Assembly: GCA_958009085.1 (NCBI GenBank)
Contig: OY253685.1
Coordinates: 372,001 to 436,000 of the forward strand
DNA length: 64,000 nt
Direction of reading: 5' to 3'
Source of the DNA: Protoeuglena noctilucae
Lineage: Eukaryota
Below the pieces are notes generated by a model. That model ran no database searches. It saw nothing but the letters and a program-made list of their open reading frames with translations, and had not been told where the DNA came from. The first letter of the stretch is position 1, and every line of letters starts with the position of its first letter. Below are positions 22,801-34,853 of the stretch, one piece after another. The position numbers and the translations under genes are program-made.

Positions 22801-24010
22801 AGGATCTGGCGCATGGCCACGGGGACCACCTGTGGGCGGGAGGAGGAGCACGCGAGGCATGCAACAACCGTCCAGGTGTCCCAACGGGCGTGTGGGTCTC
22901 CCCCCAACCCCCGGGACCGACCTGCTTTGTCGACACCCCCATGGCCGTCGCGAGGGCTTGCAGCGTGTCCTTGCGGCGGAGGAAGTAGGACAACGTGTGC
23001 CGCCCCTCGTACTTCCACACCAGCCATAGGCCCTCCACGATGCCCGGCGTGGCCGTCTCCGGCGTCGCCTCGATGTAACCCCTGCGCCGGGAGGAGGCGC
23101 ATTTGTGGGTCGCATCGTTTCCGAGGACCGGACACCGTGTGCCCCCGAGGCACGGGCCAAGACCCCACCTGAAGTCCGCACACACGCCCGGGGCACACTT
23201 GGACACGAAGACCTGCGGGGCAGCGCAAGGCCAGCGGATGGGGGGTCGGTGACGTCAGCGGTGCAAGGAAATATGACAGCAGGGTCCCGACTAGGCCCCC
23301 TCACGTTCAGCAGGTGCTCCATCTGCCCCATCTCGTCCGCCCCCGCCACGCGCTGCTTCACTCGCTTGACGACCACGTGCTCCGTCTCCCCGTCGAAGCG
23401 CTTGAGCCTCCCCTGAGGACGATCGGGCAAGGCAGCGCGGTTTCGGGCCTGCCTTTCGCCGCCACGCTTTGCAGGGTCGCATCCATTGCCCGCGCATGCT
23501 GCGGCCCGCTCCGATCCACGAGCGACACCGGTGGGCCGCGTGGTCGAAGTGCATCCCCTCAGAGTGCGCAGAGTGCGCCCCGGCGGACGCCGCGGCTGCG
23601 GGAAAGCCGTTGTTGCTGCGACCCCCACATCCCGCGCTGGGCTGTTTCCGGGGCCCTCGGCGGCGAGGGCCGTCGCGAGTGTTTGAAAAATGTCGTTAAC
23701 AGCAGCGACTGACCTCGAAGACCGACCCGAAGCTCCCCTCGCCGAGCAGGCGCTCGAGGCGGACGTCAGAAGGCTCGAAGCGGATGCCACGAGACCCAAT
23801 GACCGCCCGCGCGATGAGCGATGTCCTCCACGGACGACGTGGAGCCAGGGAGGGGCCGCGCCTCCTCGCCGGAGGGCAAGGGGGGGTGGCCCTGCGGTGC
23901 CACAGCGGCAGGGCTGCCCTGCCCGGGCAGGGCACAAGCCCCAGGCGAGAGACCGGCCCCAAACCCCCATCTCCCAGGGCCCCAGAAGCTTGCGTGCTTG
24001 CCAGGCTCAT
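19847..24010 (-). CDS. STT7/STN7-like plastid Ser/Thr kinase with C-terminal FF-like repeats (multi-exon)
   Basis: LGEGSFGSVF, VVVKRVK, WLVWKYEG, LVHRDVKPLN, IDLGACADLRSGTNFNP, LDPLYCPPEQY, PDRFDVYAAG, GWDLAAKML. FF-like motifs lie downstream. Confidence 0.85.
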
Positions 24011-24419
24011 GATATATGCATCGCGAAAAGGGGCTGCTGAAGAGGCACCTGAGCTCTCACCCCGGCGAGCTAGGTTGGCACTGCAATGAGCTCGATGCTT
24101 ATGACGGCCTGGGCGCCAACCGGCTGCTTCCCAGAGACAGCCGTTGCGGTGGCTGGCACGCGGAAACGCCAGTGGAGCCTGGGTAGGCGCTTTTCCAAAG
24201 GTATTAGCCGGCTGAGATGCTCAATTCGACTGCAGGAAGCTGTGAGCGTCTTGCTCCGTCGACGAGCGGCGGCATCCAGCATTCGTGGAGGGGCCTCTGC
24301 CATCCCTTTCAGCAACGCGAAGCGAGGGAGCGGGAAGAGCAAGCGCAACCGCGACGTGCGCCCCGCTGGACGATATATCTTGTTGCTCTGCATCGTCTGG
24401 TGCACTGGCAGGCTGGAGT

Positions 24420-27400
24420 ATGCGGTCTACCATCCACAGGAGCAGGATGTCGCAATGTGCGTCGCTTGTGCGGGGCCTGAGGGGCGTCCCGCCCTCTTCT
24501 TTCGCGCGATCTGCTCCCCTCGCTGCTGTGAGACTGTGCGGATTGCAACGGATGTCCGAGCCGCTCCATCTCTTCGCGGGGAGCCACCCGTACCGGTCGC
24601 GCCCCCCGGCTGCCACAGCTGCGAGGGACTCCCCGGCCGCGACCAGCGACGTCCCTCAGGTGATGATTGTTGCCAAGCCGGATGGGACTCACGCCATGCT
24701 TCTGGCGGCACTGCAGCTTGATCCCCCACCGCCATCGACTTTGCAGGCGGGTGCGCACCTCGAGTGGCCAAGGCGTTCCCACGGCGCGGGCACCATCCGT
24801 TGCAGCCACGAGGGGGAGGTGGTCGAGATATGTGGGTGGATTGACAGCGTGAGGTAAGAGGCAATCTAGGTCGAGGAGCTCTCAAGCGAGGGGTCGTGGT
24901 GCCGACAGCCAGGCTGCCGGACCTCTGCAGGGACCTGGGGGGGATGCTCTTCTTCACGGCGCGGGACCACACGGGTGTTCTACAATTCATCGTAAGCGAG
25001 GACTTCCCCGAGGCGGCTGAGGCGGCAGCCAAGCTGCGTGTGGAGGTGACGCGCCGCTCGCTCGTCGAGCGCATACCCGGCCGCCAGGCGCGCGCCCCGT
25101 GATAAGCACTTCCGATACGCTCCGCAGTGCTGCGTGAAAGCTTCGGGCAAAGTGGCGCGCCGTTCCGACCCGAACCCGAACATGCCGACGGGCGAAGTGG
25201 AGGTGGTGCTACAGCAGCTCTCCATCCTGAATGGCACGGGTGTCCTCCCCTTCTCGGGTGCGTTTGGGCCGTAGCTGCGATTACACGACACCCCACGTGA
25301 TGACTTCACGTGCCCTCGATGCGTCGCCTGGTGCGTCTGGTCGTCCATGCCCTAGGCCGACCGTGTCCGCAGTGTCCGCGATGGAGAGGTCCGCCGAAGT
25401 GCCCACGGAGGAGACACGCCTCAGGTACCGCGTGCTCGACCTACGGCGGCAGCAGATGCAGCGCAACCTGCGCCTGCGCCACGACCTCGTCCGCACCATA
25501 CGCCGGTACCTGGAGGACGAGCAGGGATTCCTGGAGCTCGAGACTCCCATGCTCACGAAGGTGCTCGGACACTATCCTGGCGTAGACATGGCCTCCTTGC
25601 TTTCCCGGCAGGGACGTGCACCCACCTCGCCCCCTCCCCCTCCCCATGGCAGTCCACCCCGGAGGGTGCCCGCGACTTCCTCGTCCCCTCCCGCCTCTCC
25701 CCTGGTGATTTCTACGCCCTGCCACAGTCTCCCCAGCTCTTCAAGCAGCTGCTCATGGTCGCGGGCTTCGACCGGTACTACCAGCTCGCCCGCTGCTTCC
25801 GCGACGAGGCTCTGCGGGCCGACCGCCAGCCCGAGTTCACCCAGCTGGACATGGAGATGGCGTTCCTCGACAGGCGAGTCGGCATGTGGACGGGTGCTGC
25901 TGCTGCCGGGTCGCCCTGGCACTCGCGTGCTGTTCCTGAGGACAGTCGAGGGCGATGGTGCGCAGGGAGGCGGTGCTGTCGCTTGTGGAGGGGATGATCT
26001 CTCGCGTGTTCAAGGCCATTTTGGGCGTGGAGCTCCCGGTGCCCCTGCCGCGCATGACGTATGCCGAGGCCATGGAGCGGTACGGCTGCGACAAGCCCGA
26101 CACTCGCTTCGGCCTCGAGCTCACCACCGTGACGGAATGCGTGCGCGGGTGCGGGTTCAAGGTGCTCGCCGAGGCCGTGCAGGGCGGGGCCACGGTGCGC
26201 GCCCTGCGCGTCCACGACGGCCAGCGCCTCTCCAACGCCCGCATCAAGCCCAAGGGGGACGTCGCCGAGGAGGCCATCAAGGGTGGCCTGCCTGGGTGAG
26301 GTGGACGAGGATCGCGTTCTAACAGCCCTCTACCTCAGTCGTGTGGGCGATGTCCCCGTGCTGGCACGCGACGTACGCGTCGATGCCCTCGCAGGCTGGT
26401 GTACATCCGCGTCGGAGAGGGCGGTGCCATCGATGCGGCCAAACCTGTCAAGGAGGGGTTGTCGCCCGAACAAGTGGCAGCCATGCTCGAGGCATGCCAG
26501 GCTCAGGTGGGTCAACGCTGCTGCATGGGGCCTTGCTCGCACAGGCATCGGCCAAGGGTCTGAGGCAGCTATGGCCTGCTGCTTAGTTCGGGAGTATGCG
26601 TGTTCGCAGCCGGGTGACCTCCTCCTCCTGGCTGCTGGGCCCGCGAGCCTCGTCAACAAGGCCATGGACCGCGTCCGCAATTTCTTGGGCGAGTCGCTGG
26701 GGGGGGTGCGGGAGGGCGAGCACAAGCTCCTGTGGATCGTCGACTTCCCCATGTTTGAGCTGAACGAGGAGGTGAGAGAGCTGCGTGGTTGCGGCGCGCT
26801 GCCATGGCCGTCTCGTGTCGGCACTGCTGACTGCAATCTCGTGACGCTCCGGGCAATCGGACGCATTCCCAGGAGAACCGTCTCCAAGCGCTCCATCACC
26901 CCTTCACCGCCCCCCACCCGGACGACCTGGGTGACCTCCCGAGGGCACGGGCGCTGGCGTACGACCTCGTCTACAACGGCGTGGAGATTGGCGGTGGCTC
27001 CCTCCGCATCTACACGGCGGAGGTGCAGAAGAAGGCGAGACGGCTGTGCCGACGGGACGCGGGTTGGGCATGGCGCCCCACACTGCGGCCATACTGACCA
27101 CTGGCCTTGGGGAGCCGCTGTATCTGCGTGACCGAGGGCTGCCGGCCGCTCGCAGGTGTTTGAGGTGATTGGACTGCAGGATGCGGAGGCGCGGCAACAG
27201 TTCGGGTTCCTGCTCGACGCGCTCGAGAACGGCGCCCCGCCCCACGCGGGCCTCGCGTTTGGGGTCGACCGCCTGGCGATGCTGCTGGCCGCGGCCAAGG
27301 TGAGGCATGGTGAGTGGGATACGGTCGCACATTCAACAGCCTCTCCGCGTTCAAGAGAGGGATCGGCGCCTTCGCAGTACGGCAAGGACGCTGCAACGTC

Positions 27401-27521
27401 CATCCGCGACGTCATCGCCTTCCCCAAGACCTCGGGAGGGCAGTGCCTACTGACGGGAGCCCCGGCGTCCGTCGCCAGCGATCAGCTGGACGAGCTGGCC
27501 ATCAAGGTTTCCGCAACATAG
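24420..27521 (+). CDS. Organellar (bacterial-type) aspartate--tRNA ligase (multi-exon)
   Basis: [98 protein letters not shown]. Confidence 0.95.
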
Positions 27522-27739
27522 ATGCTATGCTAGGGTACATGGCAGTTGTGCGCACGGGCCACCGGGACCCCAAGCGTGCCTGGGCATCACAAGGACAGCG
27601 GGGTCCCGGCGTTCTCGGCCGGGTGCACGACATACCTCCGTGGCGTTTACTTCTTGACTTTGAAGTACTGCGATCGAGAGAAGGACGCCCCCTCGTTGGC
27701 ATGCCTCGGACGGACACGGTGCAAGTGCAGGGGAAGCCT

Positions 27740-28824
27740 TCACGCAACGCTCACCACGATGAGGAAGATGGCACCCAAGAGCGCGGCGATAATGACGCCC
27801 ATGATGGCCTTATTCGTCAGCGCCCGCCGCCCCATGACCGTCAGGACGCGCCGCCCCCGGGCCAGGTGGTCGTCCACCTCGTGCAGGTGCGAGCGCACCC
27901 TGTACATGGTCTCGCGCTGGGAGTGCAGGGACCCCAGGATGCCCTGCGAGCGCCCCACGAGACGTCAACGTCGCTCGCCGTCCCCCAGCACCAGTGGCAT
28001 CGGCGTCCGTCGCGGCTGCTCACCACCCCAAGCTCCTCGGCCTGCTGCAGCTGCTGCCTTCCCTCCTTGATGCGATCCCCCTGTTTGTTGAGCCGCTCCG
28101 TCGTGTCGAGGAGGCGCTGGCGCTGGCCAGCCGAGCTGTCCGTGAAGTCACTGCCCAGGCCCAGCTCGGCGCGGGCCGCATCCCCTCCCGGCAGCGACGC
28201 AGATGCTTTCTCAATCTCCCCCTGCGGACGCCGGCCAGGGCCCGGGGGCGTCCGTGGAGGCTGCCGCGACATTGTCCGAGAGCCCCGTTCGCGCGTCGCG
28301 GCCGCTCGCCTTGAGGTTCGTCAGGTCCGCCTCGTAGTCCTTCACCTTCCGCAGCTGCTGCTGCCGCACCGGCGCCCCGGCGGATGACATCCGCACCTCC
28401 AGCTCTGCAGTCAAGGGTCTCGCGCGCGCATTTCCTCACTGCGCCCACCGCGTCCCCCGGGAGGCACGAACGGAGCGCGCGCCCTCACCCATGCGCTTGA
28501 GCAGCTTCTCGGCGTCCGCAATCTGCCCCTTCGCCTCGCTCAGCTTGGCCCTGCGCAAGGGTTGGGAGCTCGCACGTCAGCCCGCGCGCTCGCAGCGCGG
28601 GGAGAGCACCCGGCCGACTACGTGCGAACGAGAGCTCGACACTCCGTCGCCGGGGTCAGCCGTCTCGCAACCGCCGTGCGGGAACTCGCTCCCGGCCCGG
28701 CCCTCCCAGCATGCCGGCGTTTGGGACGGCACCTGCGGGCTTCGCCCCCGATGGTGAGGATGACATCCTTGAGCTTGGCAATTTGCGTGGCCAGCTCGCA
28801 GTACTCGCGCTCGTACTGCTCCAT
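27740..28824 (-). CDS. VTI1: VTI1-family Qb-SNARE (a further 5' exon is possible)
   Basis: EQYEREYCE, QRQRLLDTTERL, ILGSLHSQRETM, ARGRRVLTVMGRR, and a C-terminal TM segment. Confidence 0.88.
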
Positions 28825-29256
28825 CCCTGCGCCCAGGGTTCGCGCGCGTCACGTCCCGCCGGGGCTCACAGGAAACGCGGGGTGCGGGGAAAATAGAGGC
28901 GACGTTCGCACGCAGACGGTTCGCAAGCCGCGTTCTGGGGGCGCGGTGGCCGGCGGGCCAGGGAAGACACGCGCGCTCCGGCGAACGCGGTCAGGGGGGC
29001 GTACCGGCCCGCACCGCCGCCCCTCGGCTCGGCCCGCGCGCCTCGCGCCCTTCCACTTGCGATGCGCGTGCTGTTCCCGAGACAGCCGCATGCCCGGACG
29101 CTAGATACTTGTAAACCCCTTCCCTCGATTGGCTCGTCCCCTGTCTAGCCCGGCCACGACTCGCACTGCCGCGTCCCACGACTCCTCGTCCCTGCCGCTC
29201 GCGGGGCCCTCTCGGCGCCTGTCGGCGTGGGGAGAGCCGAGCTCGTCGCCCCCTCC

Positions 29257-31504
29257 ATGACGCCGGGGCTGCCGACCGATACGATTTACGCCAAAAACCT
29301 CCCGATAACATGGAGGTGATGGGCGGGGGGTGGCGGGCAGGCTGCGAGCAACCAGTCCCGCGCGACCGGGCTCCGCGCGGATCCTCCGCGGCCGGGCCCC
29401 GCCGATCGCGGATCGCTTTCCTCAGATGCCCGAGCGTGCGCTGCGGCGGGCTCAGCCGCGTCTCCTGCCGTCTGTGGCGCAGGGAGGCGGACCTGGCTGC
29501 GCTCTTCGGGCCCTTCGGGGCCGTGGTTGACTGCAGGCTGCTGCCGGTGAGCCTCGGATCTGCGGGGGCGCGCACGGGGGCGCGCGGGGCCTCTCGGGGA
29601 GGGGTCACTTTTTGGGCTCGGGCCGTGGATATTTGTCCCGTGCGCGTCCCGGCGTCGGCGGTCCCTTGCGCGCCGCTGCGAGCTGGAGCCTGCCTCAACG
29701 AGCGTCTGGGTGCGCCGGCGGGACGCCCCGGGGCCCGGGACGCTCGCCTTTGGGCGCCTCGCAGTAACGGTCGGGAACGCGCCGAGGGCGGACCGTTTGT
29801 CGCCGTTGGGGTCCGCTGTTGCGTCGTTCGGCTCGCTTAGTTGCCGCGTATGGACCGGGTTGGAGCCGGGGGCCGCTCGCGGGGCGGCGAAGCGGTTTCG
29901 GAAGGGGCCCGACGGCCGGCCGCCGACGGAGCCCCGCATTGCGGCCCCCGTGCGCCCAATCGGTCTTTGACGTTTCTCGAGGGCCTCCGCGTGGGATCGT
30001 GAGGGTTTGGAGTGCCCTTCGGACCTGGGAGGGGTCTCGTGTCCCTGCGGGACCAACCATGCGCCCGCCCGCCCATTCCTGGTTGCGTCCGTCCCCTGCG
30101 CGAGGTGTTGCTGCGATGCGTCTCCCCGGGCCAGCTGCACCTCGGAATATTCCGCCACACGCCGATGCGCAGGTCAAGGGGGTGGCGCCGGGGTCCTCTG
30201 CCCTCATCCGCATGGTCTCCACGGACGATGCCGCGCGAGCGATTAAGGTGACCTGCCCGCCCCTGGACCCGGTGGGTCGCAGCGCACGCCGGTGGGCCCG
30301 ATGGCCGCGACATGCCGCATGCGGGCTCTCTGGGTGACCCTTCGGCTCCCTCCTCTGCTCTGCAGCAACTGCACGGCATGGTCCCCGTCGGCGCCTCGCT
30401 GCCCCTGATCGTGCGGTTCGCCGACTCGCCGCAAGAGAAGGCGCAGAAGCAGCTGCGCAGCCAAGTGGCCGACTCGCGCTACGCCATGCTGGACCCCACC
30501 ATGACCGTGCCGTTCCACGTGAGCCGGTGGGGAACCATGTGCGGTGGCGACGCGCCGCATGGCTCGGTCCCGGCGGTGCCCGTCATCCCTGCCCCTGTTC
30601 TGCGCCCGCAGGGCCGCGCCCTCGTGCCCACTTGGGTGCGGCAGATGCCGGCGCCCCACCTCCGGACGGCGTCGGGCGCCATTCCGACTCGCGTCATTGT
30701 GTCGTGCCTGCCGAGGTACGTGGGGCCTGTGCTGCGACGCCGGCCGCGGCGCTTCGGCTGCGGGTTCGTCTTCCGAGGCCCCCACTTCCGTTCGTCCCTC
30801 GCAGGGGAACCGACCCCCTGATTCTCTACCAGCTCTTCTCTCCCCTCGGCGCCGTGGTTCAGATGCGCGTGGACGAGGACCCCTCGGGCCAGTCGTGCAC
30901 GGCCCAGCTGCTGATGGGGTCCCATGCGGAGGCCTCCGTGGCTCTCTCGGTGATGGCCGGCGGCGCGCGGCTGCGGTTGGGACTCGCGACTCGCGCTGTG
31001 CAGCTGCCCGTCACCGCGCCACGCCCACCTGCTCGCAGCTGGACGGCACGCGCATTGGCGACGCAACCATCCGCGTGGCGTTAGCCGTGGGGGAGGGCAT
31101 GCCTATGCACGGGGGCGCCGGGAGCAGCAGCAACCTCGCGGACTCGCCGTCTCGCTCACGGTCGAGCAACTCGAGCATGACCACGGCCTACTCGCAGCTG
31201 GACCCGCACGCCGCGGGCGACATGCCCTCCCTGTACCAGGCGCGTGCCTGTGCCACGCCTGCGCGTGGGTCCAGCGGTGGACGCAGCTTTCAGGCTCACA
31301 GTTCGATGTGTCTCCCGCCCGCAGCAGCTCCTGCCCCACCTGTACTCGAGCGCGACGCAGCTGGCCCCGACGGGGATGGCCAGCGACCCGGGCGAGGGCC
31401 AGCAGGGCCCGGGCGGCTTCCAGAGCCCCGCGTTCCAGGACCTCGTCAACGCCATCAGCGGCCTCAACTTCATGCACAACCGGCCCCACTCGGATGGCAA
31501 CTAG
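29257..31504 (+). CDS. RRM RNA-binding protein (ELAV/CELF-like, two RRMs)
   Basis: IYAKNLP, LAALFGPFGAVVDCRLL, LHGMVPVGASLPLIVRFAD, LYQLFSPLGAV, LDGTRIGDATIRV. Confidence 0.8.
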
Positions 31505-32420
31505 GGCGACAAGGTCCGAGCGCATCCCTAGATGCCCCAAGCGGACCCTGCGCGTCACTGGCCCATGCGGGCCCCGGCGTCTTTACGCCGGCTCTGGCTT
31601 TCCTCATGGTCAAGGTTTTCTCAGGGCAAGGCTCATGGGGGCTGCGCTCACGGGTGGGGGGGGGCGAGGGAGCCCTATGCGTCCCTCGTGGGGCACCGCA
31701 GTGCAGACCCTTCTGCCGTCCTTCTCGCGCCCGCCCCCGCCGGTGGTGTGCCTACTATGCCCCATGCCCTTGCAATACCGCCCACGCCGCCTGCGCTGCC
31801 ACCAGTTTTTCCCTTGCTCGCTGCAGGGGGTACCCTTTTCTGCCACCTGACATTTGCTCCTGACCTCCGCCGCTGCGCGGGTGGCGCTTGCATACCCGCA
31901 TCTCTGCACCCCGAACCTGCCTTTGCCTAATCTCGCCTGCGCGCTGACCTGCCCTCTCCACGCTGACTGGCCGCATTGGCACAGGCGCGCCGGGGCTCCC
32001 CCCGCGCCGAGCTGCATTCCCTCGTCCATCTCCTCGCCTACCCGTCAACCATGCAGGCTTGCGCAGCGGCGGTGCTCGTTTTCCCGTCTCGACTTGACGG
32101 CGTTTGATCCTGTCTACGGCCCAATTTCACGCGCCCTTTCCTTTCTAACGGGCTGAAATGGGCTCTCTGCTCTGGGCAGTGCTGTGCTGGGGCAGGGTGC
32201 CGTTTAGGCCTAGACCATATCATCAGTACCTGCGGCTGCCGTCCCCCAAAGCACCCTTGGGGCAAAGTTGATCCCTAGTTGAAGGTAACAAGTGTCGGAG
32301 ACACGTCAGGCACATCAGAATCAGCAAAGTTCGGAGCTTAGCTTTCTTCTGCGGGACGTGCTGCCTGGGCCACATCATGAATCCCGGGGATGCCCAGGTT
32401 GCTCTTCGCATTCTGAGACG

Positions 32421-34828
32421 ATGGACGAAGAGGTGCAGTCCAGCCCGCCCTTCCCCGTCGGGGTGCAGAAGAACGTGACGGACGACGGTGGCGTCCGCAA
32501 GCTCGTTCGGGTCGAGGGGCAGGGATGGAGAACGCCGCAGGAGGGTGACCGCGTCACCGTGCACTACGTGGGCACGTTGACGGGCACGGGGGAGCTCTTC
32601 GACTCGTCCCGCGAGCGCGGGGAGCCCTTCAGGCGAGGCGTGCATTTGATCAGCCGGGAAGCTGATCCCCTGTTCTACTGGTGACGACGCGAATCGCGGC
32701 TGACGCTGGCGCGCGCGCAGCTTCACGGCGGGTGTGGGGGAAGTCATTGCGGGCTGGGACAAGGGCGTCTTGACGATGCGCAAAGGGGAGCGCGCCGTGA
32801 TAACGTGTTCTGCTGATAACGCGTATGGGGATGGGGGTGCGCCGCCGAAGATCCCCCCCGGCGCGTCGCTGGACTTCGACATCGAGCTGCTAGCTTGGGA
32901 GAACTCGAGGCGAGGCCTGCGAGCCGGAAGATGAGATGGATCGACACTCGTTCCATATACGAATGCTTGGGGACATTGCTTGCCTCGCATCTAACCTCAG
33001 GGACATTTCTCCTGGCCGAGACGAGACGCTGGTCAAGCACGTGGTGAAGCCCGGGGAGGGTTTCGACCGCCCGCAGGCGCGCGACGAGGTGGTGATGACC
33101 GTCACCGCGAGCCTTGAGGATGGCACCGTTGTCCTGGACGGCGCTGATGCCACGTTCACTGTCCGCGAAGGGTGCGTGCGCCCATGCGCAGAGCGTGTCC
33201 GTGATCCACCTCTGCCTCAGCCACGATGTCACGGGACGCCCCTTCCCGATTCAGGTACTGGTGCCCGGCAGTGGCCACCACAGCGAGCACCATGTTGTTG
33301 GGTGAGGAGTGTCGGGTCGAGGCCGCGGCATGCCACTGCTTTGGGGACGCGGGGCTCCCTGGCAAGGTCCCCGGCGGGCAGAGGTTGGTTTTGGACATGG
33401 CGCTGCGAGAGGTGCATCCCGTGGACGACCTGCCTGTGCGGGTGAGTCCCAGAGCCATCGTGCACAGTGCGGCTGGAGGGGGGGCAGTGCTGTGAAGAAG
33501 AGATGCTGGCAGAGCGTTCAATGTACGCCGTGTCGGTGGCCTCTCTGCCCCCGCAGGGACTGGAGCTGTCCCGCAAGATCGTGCGCATTGGGGAAGGGTT
33601 CGACCGCCCCGACGATGAGGCGACCGTGACGATGCGGTACCGCATGTGGTGCGTCTCCCGCGAACGGGGATACCGGCACGCCGTCGAGGACCGGCATTGG
33701 GACGAAGCAGAGGCCCGGACCTTCGTGATAGGCACGGATGGACGGGGAGGCCGGGGCTCAACTTGCTGACGGCCATGGCCAGTGCCCGATATATGCATGG
33801 CCCCTGGACTTTTCGCAGACGAGGACGCCGTGGCACCCGCGCTGGACGAGTTGGCGAAGAGGATGAAGAAGCGGGAGCTTGCAGTCTTGCTCGTGCCGCG
33901 AGAGCAGGCGGCGGGCCTGGTGGGTGTCACAATGCCAGATGAGGTCAAAGGCGAGTGGCCAGCGCAAGCGGTACAGCTGTCATGTAGACCTGGTCAGGGA
34001 GCAGGACAGGCCTCGCCCGCTGGGCGTGCAGACGCGGCCGACGCGGCCGTGGAGGTGGAGGCGGAGATGCTCGAGTTCGTCAAGGACCGGATGACGTGGC
34101 AGCTGGCGGACGCCGAGCGGCTGCCGTTCGCGGAGGCCAAGAAGAACAGCGGGAACCACTGGTTCAAGGCGGGGGACCTGGACAGGGCGCTTGTGAGGGG
34201 TGCCACGCGGCAGGCCGCCCTGCTCGGCGCTTTGTGCTATGGCTCCCATGGCACAGCAACCCACGTGTCTACCCCGCAGAAACGGTATCAGAAAGGGTGC
34301 GAAGCGCTGGACTTCGAACAGGACGCGCCGCCCGAGGCGGCAGATCTCAAGGTGCGCCGCGTGCCGCGCATGGGGGGGCTGCCGCTCTGCGCCCGCGGCT
34401 CGTGCCTACGCGCTTGCGCTCCCTCTCCAGGCGTCGTGCATGCTCAACCAGGCGGCCGTGCACCTCAAGCGGCGGAGCTTCCACGACGTGATCCGGTGCT
34501 GCAAGGAGGTCCTGCACCACAGCCCGGCCAGCATCAAGGCGCTGTTCCGCAAAGCCCAGGCGCACGCCCATCTCGGGTAAGCGCCCGCGGGGCGACTGGG
34601 TGGCGCGCGGGCCCAGGAGCACAGCGCTCGCATCGACACGTGCACCCACGCCGTCTCGCCTCGCGCAGGGACCTCGACCAGGCCGTCCTGGACCTGCAGT
34701 CGGCGCTCCAGTCGCAGCCCGACGAGGCGACGGCGCGGTCCATCCAGGCCGAGCTCCGCCGCGTGCAGCACGAGCTCCGAGAGTCCAGCCGCAAGCAGGA
34801 CTTCTTCGCCCGCATGTTCCAGGCGTGA
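32421..34828 (+). CDS. Multi-domain FKBP peptidyl-prolyl isomerase with TPRs (FKBP62/65-like)
   Basis: [71 protein letters not shown]. Confidence 0.92.
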
Positions 34829-34853
34829 GATGTCGAGACGGACCAGGCGCCGG